A stretch of 64,000 nucleotides of DNA from Octopus sinensis (taxonomy: Eukaryota): assembly GCF_006345805.1 (NCBI RefSeq), contig NC_043006.1, positions 31,868,001 through 31,932,000 on the forward strand. The letters run 5' to 3'. Each line of letters starts with the position of its first letter. Position 1 is the stretch's first letter. This document shows positions 1 to 13,810 of this stretch, one piece after another. A model generated the notes under the pieces. That model was given only the letters and a program-made list of their open reading frames with translations, did not search any database and was not told the DNA's origin. The position numbers and the translations under genes are program-made.

Positions 1-1110
1 CCCCAAAAGTGATACTGGCAGACTGTATGTGTCTAGAAACAGAGGTGAAAGAGGTCTCATGGGATGCAAGATCTGCGTTGTCAACGGGAAGAACAGTCTG
101 GGATGGTACATCAAACAGCAGGGTGAATCTTTGCTTGCCGTTGTTAGAATTAACAATATAATACCTTCCGAAAATGTAATGCACCCACAAACATTTAAGA
201 AACAAGATGAAGAAGAAAGAGTAAACATCTGGAAAATGAAACCACTGTATATCCAATACCTCAGAGAAATTGAAGGAAAAGACAAGATCAATACTTGGAG
301 ATGGTTAAGAAAAAGTGATCTGAAAGGATGCACTGAAACATTGGCATGCAGAGCCCAGGAACAAGCTCTGAGAACTAATTACACCAAGTTCCAAGTAGAT
401 AAGAGTAGCAAATCACTCCTTTGTAGGATGTGCGGCAGCAGAAACGAGATAATCTCACATATTAAGAGAGAGAGTAAGAGACACATCTACATGGCTAAGT
501 TCATCCACTGGAGGTTATCTGAAAAGTACAGCTTAGACAGAGCGTGGAAATGTCACAAACATGATCCAAGTCACCAAGAACAGGGAACATAAGATTCTGT
601 GGGATTTTACAAGCCAATATGACTCCCTAATCAAGTCTCAGAGACCAGATATTGCTGCGATAGATATGGAAAACAGAAGCCAAGATCATAGATATTGAAA
701 TACCTGGAGATGCACGCCTAAATGACAGAGAACTAGAAAAGATTGAAAAGTACAGAGAATACTAAAAGACGAAATTGCAAGAATGTGGATTATGAGGAGA
801 ATTGTCTGTCATTCCAATAGTTGTAGGGACACTCGGAACAATAGGAACCAAATTCGAGGAATATGTCAAAGAAATTGGAATTGACATGAGAGAAGAGCAA
901 GCCCCAAAAGAACTGCTCTGCTAGGGACAGCTAGGATTTTGAGATTGGTACTTGGATGTTGAATGTCTCCCACAATAATAAACAACCAAGTATCAAAATG
1001 TATGTGTGGAAAGAGACCCAGTGAGGCCTCTGACAGCAGGCTGCTGTCCGCTCTCAAAAAAAATCTACTAGAACAAACAAGACTGAATGTTCTGAGAAGT
1101 AAAAAGAATA
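1..1110 (+). mobile_element. R4/Dong-like non-LTR retrotransposon 3' portion (restriction-like endonuclease type), decayed
   Basis: RLYVSRxxGxRGL, AQEQALRT, CRMC..E.ISHI zinc knuckle, KILWDF, RPDI...IIDI.IP...EKIEKY (PD-D/ExK endonuclease), PIVVGTLG, TALLGTARILR. Frameshifted. Ends at a (TAA)n tract. Confidence 0.85.
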
Positions 1111-1118
1111 TGATAATG

Positions 1119-1161
<43 letters not shown>

Positions 1162-1288
1162 CCCACCCCCCAAATATATGGCACACTAGGCATAACAACA
1201 ACATGAACTTCCAACCCTGTTGTCTCTTGAGGTCTCTGGGTGAGACTTGGAGCCAACTTGTACAAATATAAAGCAAAAGTCAAACATA

Positions 1289-1332
<44 letters not shown>

Positions 1333-1347
1333 TAATAATAACAACAA

Positions 1348-1378
<31 letters not shown>

Positions 1379-1513
1379 AACAATAACAATAACAATTAAA
1401 ATAATAATAATAAAAATAATAATCATAATAATAATAATAATAATATTAACAACAACAACAACAACAACAACAACGACAACAACGACGACGACGACGACGA
1501 TGACGATGATGAC

Positions 1514-1561
<48 letters not shown>

Positions 1562-1592
1562 GATGATGATGATAATAATAATAATAATAATG

Positions 1593-1625
<33 letters not shown>

Positions 1626-1795
1626 GAGTTAAGAAGGAAGGCGAAGATAGATACAATCCTCTTAAGTACGAAATATCAGATAGCTGAAAAGAACGGATAG
1701 CATGGTGCCATTGGCTGCAGGTAGTAAGCCCGCAACGCATGCAAGACTCCAGGAGCTTCAATAAAACCTATGATAAAGAGAGAATAATAATAATG
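1111..1795. repeat. (TAA)n/(CAA)n/(GAT)n compound microsatellite with two embedded unique inserts (1161-1290, 1627-1783)
   Basis: Direct reading of the trinucleotide arrays. Confidence 0.9.
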
Positions 1796-1809
1796 AATAT
1801 ATGTATGTG

Positions 1810-1861
<52 letters not shown>

Positions 1862-2061
1862 ATATTATGCATATGTAAAAAAATACAAACTGGGACAAGA
1901 ACGCAAAACATTTAGAAGACGATACAAAAAACACGGACGGGACATTCGAAGCCTTCAATCTTCAGTCAAGAACCGGATCATTCTCGCAATTCGATATATA
2001 TATATACATATATATAATATATATATATATATATATTATATATTATATATATTATATATAT

Positions 2062-2125
<64 letters not shown>

Positions 2126-2620
2126 TATAAGAATTTTTTGCGTATTAAGATAAAAAACCAAGGCTGTATAGATATTAGAGCATTTATATATATATAAATT
2201 AAGCAGAAAATGGAGAAATCTTGACCAGCAACAATTGACTACCATCGATTAATATTTTTTAATAAAAAGCTTTATCCCATCAAACAGCCGTTTCTACTTC
2301 CAATGTCCTGAAGTGTTGCCAAAGAAAATTCTGAGAATAATATTCGTCATATTTTGTAACACATCCAATCTTGAACATGGAGCTTCATCAGAGTGAAGAA
2401 AAATACATAAAAGAAAAAAAGAGACTCAGAAAGAGGAATGAAGGGTTAATGTTTTTGAATCATGCCATTTGGCAGAGTAACGCTTCAGGCTGTAAAGTAA
2501 ATGGCTAAACTAGAAATAATAATTGGTAGTTTAATCTTTCTTTACACACACACCACACACACATACATACATACATACATACATACATACATACATAATA
2601 CATATATATATCTAAAATAA

Positions 2621-2675
<55 letters not shown>

Positions 2676-2677
2676 TC

Positions 2678-2941
2678 TTTTATTCGTTTCAGTCATTTGA
2701 CTGCGGCCATACTGGAGCACCGCCTTGCGTCGAACAAATCGACTCCAGGACTTATTATTTGTAATTACTTATTTTATCGGTCTCTTTTTGTCGAATCGCT
2801 AAGTTACGGGGACGTAACCACACCATCATCGGTTGTCAAGTGATGTTGGAGGGACAAACACAGACATAAATACACACACACACACACACTGAACTCGGAA
2901 CCATGTGGTTAGTAAGCAAGCTACTTACCACACAGCCACTC
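2678..2941 (-). mobile_element. tRNA-derived SINE, family A (internally deleted copy)
   Basis: Shared tail CAGCATGGCCGCAGTCAAATGACTGAAAC and head TGGCTGTGTGGTAAG...GGTTC(C)G(A/G)GTTCAG with internal (CA)n. Matches many other copies in the window. Confidence 0.85.
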
Positions 2942-3068
2942 TATGTTCTGTGTAGTGTGCCTTGAGAGCACGCTTGCCACTTACGACAACGAGCAGTGCA
3001 GCTGTGAGCCGAAACGATCATCGTGCTAAATAAAGTTTACAGTAAACTCTGGGTTCCCTATCAATTAT

Positions 3069-3134
<66 letters not shown>

Positions 3135-3287
3135 TGTGTGTGTGTGTGTTGTGTGTGTGTGTGTGTGTATATGTATGTATGTATATATATATTATATATA
3201 TTATATATATAATATATATATATTATATATATATGTTTATATGTATATATATATGTATACATGTATATATATATATATATATATATC

Positions 3288-3320
<33 letters not shown>

Positions 3321-3651
3321 TGTGTGTGTGTGTGTATGTATGTATGTATAAGATGACCTAACCAGTACATCCGTTGTTAGCGAGCGTGAAATTAGTAGAG
3401 CTGCTAATAAAACTATACAGGTAGACTTAAGGGGCTAAATAATTTAGAAAAATCTTCTTTTGTAATAAAAATATTTTTTCTCTTCCGTTTCGTTCCATTT
3501 AACTTTCCCTTTATAATAGAGGCATCCTCTCTAGTCTTGCCATTTTCTTTCCATCCTCCGATCTTAGCAATTTCTTCGGGGCAATCTCAACCATTGCGGA
3601 AGACGTAGGTACTTCTAAACATTCCAGCATCCGGAAATAGTCAGTTTCTTT

Positions 3652-3696
<45 letters not shown>

Positions 3697-3762
3697 TGTG
3701 TGTGTGTGTGTGCATGCGCGTGTGCGCGTGTGTGTGTGTGCGCGTGTGTGTGTGCGTGTGTC

Positions 3763-3952
3763 TGTGGCAGAATTGTTAAGATGCTACTTTTCCTGCTCTT
3801 TACATCCCGTGTTCAAATCCAGCCCAGATCAGCTTTCCCTTTCATCCTTCTGGGATCGATAAAATACAGACCCATTAAGTCCTGATATCGATATAAACAA
3901 CTGACCCCTTCCCCAAATTCCTCGTCTTGTGCCTTCGTTAGAAGCAATTATC
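3763..3952 (+). mobile_element. tRNA-derived SINE, family B (degenerate)
   Basis: TGGCAGAATTGTTA head, GTTCAAATCC B box, CTTTCATCCTT..GGATCGATAAAATA body shared with 11775, 22921, 24444 and 26399. Confidence 0.75.
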
Positions 3953-4224
3953 ATTTTAATGGTTGGCTCAAGTGTATGGGCCCTGTCCATAGCCTTCGGG
4001 GCCCCACCGAGCCCTGTTTTATCGATGTGGTTTGTATGTGCTTCTTCAATAACTGTAAGTTCGTTGCTACAGAAAAACATAAAAGCTGCATTGGGGAAAA
4101 TATCAGAAGTGAAAGAATGGGTGTAGGGGATAATACATTGGTAGATGGGGTAAAATAACATTTACTCCTAGAAGCTGTAGCCCAACATATCATGCCATTT
4201 TGGAATCAGGCTGACTCCATGAGT

Positions 4225-4667
4225 AAATTAAAAACATTCCAGGCCGAATCCGGACCCACAATCCTGAAATTCTGGTTTCCCAAGTTTTCATTACTGTGAT
4301 TGTTTTCGGCAATTTTTTTACGTTACCTTTTGCGACAGATTTTTTTTTGTCCCACTGCAATTTTTATAATCTAAAGGCTAACTCTGAATAAATAACAAAC
4401 ATTCCGGGATGAATCCGGACCTGGAGTCCTGAAATTTGGGGTTCCTATATTTTTATTACTGCGATTGTTTACGGCGATTTTTTTTTTTTACGTGATGTTT
4501 TGCAACGAATATGAACATCATTAGAATATGACTCTGGAGGAAGCAATTGCAACAAATTCTCCAAAACAAGTCAGAAATCTGTTCGCAGATTCTTCCCATT
4601 CGGGGTCAGTTGCTAAAAAGCTGTATAGTAGCTTAGAAGCCGCCCTATCGGTCGGCTTTTAGGCTGG
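4225..4667 (+). mobile_element. Non-autonomous Helitron 3' fragment
   Basis: About 165-bp internal tandem duplication. RepHel-like peptide TLEEAIATNSPKQVRNLFA. Terminal hairpin AAGCCG...CGGCTT, then CTGG (CTRR) followed by T and (AT)n. Confidence 0.65.
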
Positions 4668-5562
4668 TATATATATATATATATATATGAGACCATTGTA
4701 GACATTCCAGATATACTTCAAGAACACAGGATGGTGCTTGGCAGCTTACATCAGACGAGGATCAGGCAATCATCTCTATCACTGATCTATAAGCCAGTGA
4801 AAGTTCCTCGCCTTGTCTTCGATCATCGCACACATATGTGAGATGAATATATTTTATACATGTATGTGTGTGTATATATGTCTGTATGTATGTATATTAG
4901 ATATGTCAGATATGTATTAGACATAGATATCAAAATGATAAAGCTCTACAATGCGTTTCCTTATTTATTCCTTATTTCATTTTTAAATCTCACTTTTAAA
5001 ATATCCTTTATACAGCGGCCGTCTTTGATCGTATTAGAACTTATCTCTTTGGAAATGTAACGGAAGATCTTCCAGTCAGATAGGCAGCAGAATGTGTGTG
5101 CGTGTGTGTTTGCTTGTTTGTGTGTATGTGTGTGTGTGTTTCTATGCGTCTGTGTGTATTGTATGTACTGGTGTATGCATATGCGTACGTGAGTTTGTGT
5201 GTGTATATGCCTAAATATTCGTGTGTGTGCGCGTGTATCTGTATGCATGTGTGTACGTGCGGGCGAATATTGGCAGGGTTATTATAGTGTAGCTTTGCTG
5301 TATTTGCTTCTGACTTCCAGCGCTCCGAGTTCAAATCCTATCGAGATCCTTTTAGGTCAGTAAGATTAAAATACTGATCGATTGATTAATGCATCGGGGT
5401 GCCTACCCTGCGGCATCTTGTCTGGGATTCTGGGTTTCTGGGTTTCGGCGCTTTAATACAATGTCTGCAATGGCACCAGTAGCAAGCTGTTGTAGCATTA
5501 CCATTCCTTTAGATTACATCAGTGCTGACGAGAAAGAGGAGATTGTATTCAAGTTTTATTTA

Positions 5563-6442
5563 TTGGGTTGGTAACTAAGTTCCCGCGGTTTTTTTAAATT
5601 TTGGAATCTATTTTTTTCGAGAATTCTATTTTTGACTCGTTTTGGAATCTATTTTGCTTTTGTTTTTGTTTTTTTTTTCTAGTTAATTTTAGCTAATTTT
5701 AGTTAATTTTTGTTCATTTTCAGATTATTAAAATGGAATGTCAAGTTAAGAAAAACGAGCATTTTCGACACCTCCTTTTGTTTGCTTTTAATCAAGGTTC
5801 TAAGGCTGCAAAAGCTGCTCGCGACATTTGTGCTGTGTATGGAGAGGGTGCCATAGCTGAAAGAACCGCTCGTAATTGGTATGCCAAGTTCAAAAATGGA
5901 ATTTTGACCTCAAAGACGCATCGCGTTCTGGCCGTCCAGTTGAGTTCGATGAAGAGCGATTAAACCAACTTTTGCACGAAAATTCTCGTCAAACGGCAAA
6001 GGAACTGGCAGAGAAAATGGAATGTTCTCACATTGCTATAGAGAAGCATTCTTCACTTGATGGGAAAGGTTCAGAAGTATGGAGCATGTGTTCCGCATGC
6101 TTTAAGTGACAACAACAAAAATCAACGAGCCACAATCTCCGCTGGTTTGCTTGCTCGTCACCGCTCAACTCATAGACACAAGCAACGATGTGAACGGAAT
6201 CAAACGGTCAACGCGGAACTCTACGCTAAGTTAAGCATCTGTTGAACATAGAGTTCCGCGTTGACCGTTTGGTTCCATTCAAGCAATTCGTAATGGATAA
6301 TTCCTTCCCAGTCCCACCATTCGCACAACATCGTTTTGCACGGATGAAGATCTTGTTTCACGCGCGGTGTCGCTTGTTTACCGGGGCTAAGCCATTCCTT
6401 ACGCTGCTTCATATTGATGTACAGGCACCATTTTTCGTTGCT
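5563..6442 (+). mobile_element. Mariner transposon relic, frameshifted and internally inverted
   Basis: TA-TTGGGTTGG TIR. HTH region EHFRHLLLF...ARDICAVYG...W.AKFKNG, RSGRP, VPH.L on +. Catalytic-region segment EKWCLY..KEW.SPG...WWDWEGIIHYELL on the - strand. Confidence 0.92.
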
Positions 6443-7957
6443 AGGGCGATTTTATGCCAACCGATCGAATGGCCTTTTCTGGGTGCAGTCGAGGTTGTTT
6501 GTGCAAAAGCAGCACTGTCTCAGATGTGAGAGAAATATTGTGGGCCTCACCCAGGATGTGTAGATTGTTGAGAGCCGAGTCCAGAGGAGAAGTGGTAGTC
6601 ATTAGGCCCAAGGTACCGTACAATGGGATTGAACTGTAAACCATGTGTCTGTGAAACGAGCTTCTTAACTACAGCCTGTTTTCATTGTTTTTAGCCCTAA
6701 GTCAACTTGTGTGATTAAGGTCTTCCCGGTGTGATCATGGGTTTGTAGGTGATAGGGGTAGTAATGAAGTTGGTGTTCGTGGGGGTGATGGTGATAATGG
6801 TGGGTGTGGTGGTGGTGGGTGTGGCAATGCTGGGGGTGTTGTTACTGTTGCTGTGGTTGATTTTGATGATGGTGGTGATGATGGTTCTGTCGATGTATTG
6901 TTGTATATTAGTGATGATGATAAAGACGATGGTGATGCATATGTCATGTTTGTGGTGGTTATTGATAGTAGAACTGATGGTATGGGCTGTTGCGTTGGTG
7001 GTGGTTGTAGTCGTAGTAAGTGGTAGGAGCTGGTGGTTGTGATGGTAGTGATGATCGTGTTGGATGTCGTAGGGGGTTTCGTGCTTTTGCTGATATTGTT
7101 GTTGTTGGTGGGGGTGGGGTGATGGTGGTGACGCCGCCGAGTAAGCCATGTTTATTCAGCAGTTATTTCCATAAAACTTCTGACGAGTTCCTCTGACAGT
7201 TCGACCGCAACAAAACTGTTTGGGAAAAGAAGGAGAGAGGCCGAGTCCCACCCCCTTCTACCACCACCACCGTTTCCTTTTGTCTTCCCCATTCTCTCTC
7301 TCTCTCTCTCTCTCTCTTTCTTCTCTCCCATTCCATTTCTCTGTCTTTCGCTCCCATCTTCAGGCAGATGTGACGTAAACACAAGCAATCCCTCAGCCGT
7401 GACCCTGTAAATATTGCCCGCCGCAGTAGGTAAAACACGTGTTGGTGCTGTTGGGGGAGATAATAGAGGGTGGGGTGATGGTGGTTTGTGAGAGGCGGGG
7501 TGATGGTGAGCGAAGAGTTGGCAGTGATAATGGAACGACTGAAGTGAGGTTGGTGGTGTAGGTGGTTCTCATGATGGTGGCAGTGGTGATGATGATGATG
7601 ATGGATGATGATGATGATGATGAGGTTGAGGCTGACGATGGTTTTGATGGTGTAGCGACCAGCGGCAACCATATTGTTTTATCTAGGTCTGTATATCAGA
7701 GAGAGCGGAGGAGAGTGTGTGTATATGTGAGAGAGAGAGAGTGTGTGTGTGTGTGTTCGTGTGTGTGTGTGTGCGTGTGTGTGTGTGTGCGTGTGTGTTT
7801 GTGGGGGAGTGTGTGTATGTGTGTATGAATTTGTATGGGAGAAAGAGTGTGTGAATATGTATAAGAGAGAGAGAGTGTGTGTGTGTGCGTGTGTATGTTT
7901 GTATGGTAGAAAGTGTGTGTGTATGTGTGAGTGAGAGAATGTGTATATATATGTGAG

Positions 7958-8005
<48 letters not shown>

Positions 8006-9677
8006 TGTGCTTGTGCTTGTGTGGAAGAGAGAGTGTATATGTATATGTGAGAGAGAGACTGTGTGTGTGTGTATGTGTGTGTGGGTGTGTGTAATCGGTC
8101 AGTTGCCCGTAAATTTGAAAAAACACTAAAAAATGTATTGAGTAGTAATAATTTAAGAAGTCATTGGTTATGGCCAGTTAAAAAGTTACCATTTGTTTCA
8201 CGTCTATTGTTGTTCTTGGCAAAGTAGACGACTAACCAGACCTGCTGGCCGGAGGCACATAACTTCTTTACTGATGGAGTGTTGGTCAGTAAGTTTTTGT
8301 CCCTGAGAGAGCAAGGATCCTAAAAAATTCGCTTGATCCGCGAGTGTCTTCTTTAATTCCAAAAGTAAGATGTTTAGTCAGTGCCCTAATGGGAGAAAAT
8401 TCATATTGAAGACATGGCCTTCACCTACTGACTAGTGGGCAGTAATCATACAAAAAATGACTCTTTCGGACACAACTAGAACCGTTCAAAGGGAGATAAC
8501 TCCGTCTCACGCAGAAGAGGTTCTCGCTTCGAACATTTCGTTTCGTGTTTTTATGCTTGTTTGTTTTTTTCACAACCTTGCTGACTTCCATCTGTAAAGA
8601 GGTTATGTGCTTCCAGTCATAACCTGATGAGTTGCCTACATTGTGAAGAGCAATAATAGACGTGAAACCAAGGGCAACTTTCTGGCACGTCATTACCAAC
8701 AGCTACATGTATGTGCGTGTCTGTGCGCGTGTGCGCGTGTGTTTATGTGTGTATACGTAAATATGCACACACACACACAAATACATACACTTTGTCCCTA
8801 AAGAACCATTTATTTTGATGAATAATAAGAATATATGAATTTTAACACAAGAATACATGGCACACACGCATACATACATACATACATACATACATACATA
8901 CATACATACATACATACATACATACATACGTACGTACGTACGCAAATGCGTGCGTACGTACGTCTCGATGGTTACGCTTTTGCACTCTAAGAGCAGGAGA
9001 TGGTTATGACTCACCAAATGAAAAAACGAGACTCTCACGCCCTTAATCTCCCAAGATGGTTCTGCAGACGTCGATTATGCGTCTCTTCTGTGTGGCACAT
9101 AACACACGTAACCAGTAGCTGCTCAAAAACGTCATCGAGTTACGACCTCCCACTGCGACAACATTGCTAAAACAATACACAATGCGCATCCACAGAAAAT
9201 ACTGCCTGAGGATAAATGTAAACAATACCTATGCTGTTGAATACAAGCATCTAAATAACAATAAATTGTCATCAAAATTTCGACCAAGAACAGCCAAAAG
9301 AGGGCTGATATAAATATTTAGGACTGAAGAGAAAAACATCAACAGCCATAAAGATTATTTACCCGACAGATGTGAACATGTCTTACGAAATCAACGAACA
9401 ACTTCTATGAAACCAGCAGCGCCTCTCTCCTTAATATAAACTCACATTTATGCATATAATTATCGGTGTGCTTAGTTATGTTTGTTGATGTCTAAATGAC
9501 AATCTAGACAAGTTATGATTAACAAGGAATCAATCCCGCTATCATCCACTTTACATGTACAATTTGTAAATGGAATAGTAAAAATATGCAAGACTTTTCT
9601 GAATTTCAGCAGGAAACGATTATCATTGCTGTTATCTAAATTTCAGCGAAATACGCACACACACACATACACGCACG

Positions 9678-9717
<40 letters not shown>

Positions 9718-9725
9718 CACGCACG

Positions 9726-9757
<32 letters not shown>

Positions 9758-9761
9758 CACG

Positions 9762-9808
<47 letters not shown>

Positions 9809-9999
9809 ACACATATTTATATATATATATATACACACAACGAAGATAGCATTGCAATGGTCGTTCATTATATCGTTTGATTAAATTGAACCATGAACGC
9901 AACCAAAATAAACATCTGAAACAGCTACAAGGCTTATAATGCACAAATAAATATGTAAAGCCCGTTATTTATGCCTACTACACACACAAACGCGCGCGC

Positions 10000-10218
10000 T
10001 TTGACTTTGGTCATGCTTCGACACCGCCTCGAAGGGTTTAGTCGAATATATAAACCCCACTACTCATTTTAAAATCTAGTGCTTATGCTATCGTTCCCTC
10101 TGCCGAAATGCTAAGTTACAGGGACATAAATAAACCAACAACCGTTGTTAAATTGTGTGGAAGGGGGACAAGCATAAACACAAAGACACACACACACTTA
10201 CATATAAAAACACACACA

Positions 10219-10250
<32 letters not shown>

Positions 10251-10263
10251 TATAATATATATA

Positions 10264-10306
<43 letters not shown>

Positions 10307-10465
10307 ATCATGACAGGCTTTCACACAGTTTCCACATCCCAAACTCGCTGAGAATGTATTGGTTGGTCTGGAGTTATAATAGAAGCCATTTAAGTAAGGT
10401 GTCTCGCAATGGGTCTGAACTCGAAACCAAATGGTCGCAAAGCGCGCTTCTTAACCTCACAACCA
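10000..10465 (-). mobile_element. SINE family A (diverged)
   Basis: Body, internal (TA)n and head motifs align with the 20695-21089 copy. Confidence 0.75.
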
Positions 10466-11022
10466 AGCAAAATATATGTCGGGGAGCGAGATTATTTTTC
10501 ACTCAGTTTATTGATGTGTGTGTGTGCATGTATACATATGCATGTATACATATGCATGTGTACATATGCACGTGTGTGAGAGGAGTTTAGTGTCTCTAAG
10601 ATACTATCAGAGAGATACTATCAGAAAGAGAGAGAGAAGATAGACGGACGGACGGACAGACAGACAACAGACAGACAGACAGACAGATAGACAGACAGAC
10701 AGACAGACTGATAGACAAACGAACAGACAGGCAGACAGACAGGCAGACAGACAGGCTGAGACAAAGAGGAAGAGAGTTTACAAACGAATGCAATTATTGT
10801 GGTATCGTAGTCTTTACAGCGGCTCAGAAACGACACCCCAGAGACAATCCAAAACTGGTAAACCATCCACTACTGCCTGGGGTCAGCAACTATCTGAAAG
10901 TCAGTGAACTACGGATGGAGTTTCTAGCCTAAACGAGTCATTTCAAGTTACGCCTTGCAGACTGGACACGGTAAAGTTCAAGTTGGTGAACCTTACCTCC
11001 CTACATAATAAGTCAGTGTTCA

Positions 11023-11039
11023 CATTATTATTATTATTG

Positions 11040-11074
<35 letters not shown>

Positions 11075-11106
11075 GTTGTTATTATTTTATATTATTATTG
11101 TTATTA

Positions 11107-11147
<41 letters not shown>

Positions 11148-11225
11148 GTTATTATATTATTATTATTATTTTATTATATTATTATTATTATTATTATTAT
11201 TGTTGTATTATTATTATTATTATTA

Positions 11226-11273
<48 letters not shown>

Positions 11274-11314
11274 GTTGTTATTATTATTATTATTATTATT
11301 GTTATTTATTATAG

Positions 11315-11355
<41 letters not shown>

Positions 11356-11363
11356 TCAATCAT

Positions 11364-11398
<35 letters not shown>

Positions 11399-11413
11399 TA
11401 TTATTATTATTAA

Positions 11414-11461
<48 letters not shown>

Positions 11462-11555
11462 CATCATCATCATCATCATCATCATTATATTATTATTATT
11501 ATTATATTATTATTATCATATCATCATCATCATCATCATTATTTTATTATATTAA

Positions 11556-11603
<48 letters not shown>

Positions 11604-11644
11604 CATCATCATCATCATCATCATCATCATTATTATTATTATAA

Positions 11645-11679
<35 letters not shown>

Positions 11680-11741
11680 TATTATCATCATCATCATCAT
11701 CATCATCATTATTATTATTATTAATATTATATTATTATTAA

Positions 11742-11772
<31 letters not shown>
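11023..11772. repeat. 750-bp (TTA)n/(TCA)n microsatellite
   Basis: Direct reading. Confidence 0.95.
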
Positions 11773-11774
11773 GA

Positions 11775-11986
11775 GACGGCAAACTGGTAGAATCGTTAGC
11801 ACGTTGGACGAAATGCTTAGCGGTATTTCGTTCTGAGTTCAAATTCCGCCGAAGTCGACTTTACCTTTCATCTTTTCGGGGTCGATAAAATAAGTACAAG
11901 TTGAACACTGGGGTTTAATGTAATCGACAAACCCCACCCCCACCGCCGCTCCCACGAAATCGCTGGCCTTGTGCCAAAATTTGAAA
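11775..11986 (+). mobile_element. SINE family B
   Basis: CTGGTAGAATCGTTAGC head, GAGTTCAAATTCC B box, GGGGTCGATAAAATAAGTAC body. Confidence 0.85.
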
Positions 11987-12034
11987 TTATTATTATTATT
12001 ATTATTATTATCATTATTATTATTATTATTACTA

Positions 12035-13810
12035 TTAGATTAGCACTCGACCAATTCTTCAACGCGAAACACGAAGGTTGGATTGTCAGAGCTAAGGCAT
12101 GAGCACTTAGATACGCAGGGATGAAAGTGGCAGAGGCACGGCGTAGCAATAATACCACGATCCGATCCTTGCCGAACCAGGGAGGGCAAATGATAACTGA
12201 TCCGAGACAAATGTGTGCGGCCTTTCATCGGCTCTTCGCTCAAATGTTCGGGGGCAGCGGTGAGCCGGATCGCAGGATGGAATTCTCGACGGGCTGCTGC
12301 GGCTTTTGGTGACGGAGGCGGAGCGCTGCGAAAGGCCGATAACAGCATTTGAAATACAGGAAGCAATGGCTAACTGCACGGGGGATAAATCGCCTGGTTT
12401 GTATGGTCTTCTCTACGAGCTTCACGCTTACATGCCAGACTTGTTCGGTGACCTCTTAGCAAACGTTTACTGCAACTGGCTGAGAAAAGAGCCGAACACA
12501 AGGGGGGTTGTATTGACAACTTTAGGCCCATAACTCTGCTGAATGCAGAGTTCAAAATTTTGGCCAAGGTATTAGCTACGAGGCTAGTGCTTGTCTACAG
12601 GGATCTGGTAGGGGAAGCATTGAGAAAGTGACTACAAACCTAGCACGGGTGGGGCCCTGATCAATTTAGATCAGTCTAAAGCTTTCGATAGGGTCGACCA
12701 TCTATACCTGGCGGTGGTCCTCAAGGCAGCCTGTTTTCAGGGGCTGGATCGCTGCAATGCACAACGACATCTGTTCAATGGTCAGAGTAATCGGTCACCT
12801 CTCAGAGCCGTTGAACATCATGCGCTTGGTCTGGCAAGGTTGACCTCTTTCGTCCCTCTAGTACGTACTGACTCTCGAGCCACTACTACACAAACTAGAG
12901 GCGTGGAGAGGCATATGCGTGACCTAGGATGTGGGAGATGCGTGTCGACATATGCCGATGACGTCACCGTAGTGGAGTCGGATCGTACACACATAGAAAT
13001 GATTGGCACCGCTCTCAGAGACTACGAGGCGGTTTCGGGAGCGTCAATTAATCAGGAATATCAGTGGGCTTGCGGTTCGACACCTGGAGAAGCAGGTCCA
13101 TGCCATCCAACTGTGTCGTTGGGTGCTAGACAGACGGACCGGTTAAATTGCTCGGGGTCTGGTTCGTCCGGACCTACAGGTGGACAAAAACTGGAACGAG
13201 GTAATAAGCAGGGTGACTACTCTCACCCAGAAACGGGCCGAGAGAAAGCTACCTCTGAAAGGTCAGACAGAGATTGCTAACGCGTATATCGCGTCCGTCA
13301 TCCACTACCGCTTGACCTGGCGGCCGTCTAATTACGCTGGAGCGTATACTCTTCCGCTTCATGTGGAAGGGATGCGTCCCGGTGGTCAAGCGGTCTATCT
13401 GCTGTCGGTACCCGCTGCGTGGTGCCTGGGCATGCCGTTGTTTATGATGCGCAGACTTGCACTGGGGCTACGACATCTCCAGTGCTTCCTTGGCGGTGAA
13501 CAGGTGTGGTCGCCGTTCGCAAGACACGTATTTCCGCAACTAGTTTCTTTAACGAAGCTGCAGTCCTGGGTAAAACAGAGACCAAGGGGGAGCACTTGGA
13601 AAGTGGAATGTCTTCAAGCGCTCTCAGCTCTCTGCCAATCGGACAGTGCAATAGATGGAAAGTCCCTTTAGCATTTTATAAAGCATTAGTGGAGGAAAAG
13701 TGCGACGATGTTCTTGGGGAGACCTTGGGCGTCGAAGAAGATCGGCCAGTTGCTCTTTTCCAGAGAACTTTCGGGCTGGGACCAACGGATAATTTCCAAA
13801 AATCTCTAGT
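12035..13810 (+). mobile_element. Tx1/L1-clade LINE reverse transcriptase region, decayed
   Basis: PIT.FEIQEA...KSPG.YGL.YE, FRPITLLNAEFKILAKVLA.RL, LDQSKAFDRVDH, YADDVT, VKLLGVWF, RKLPLKG..EIANAYIAS. Many frameshifts and deletions. Confidence 0.88.

Noticed and set aside
5733-6412. SETMAR-like domesticated gene
   Set aside because: Frameshifted and rearranged, has a TIR, and has no SET domain.
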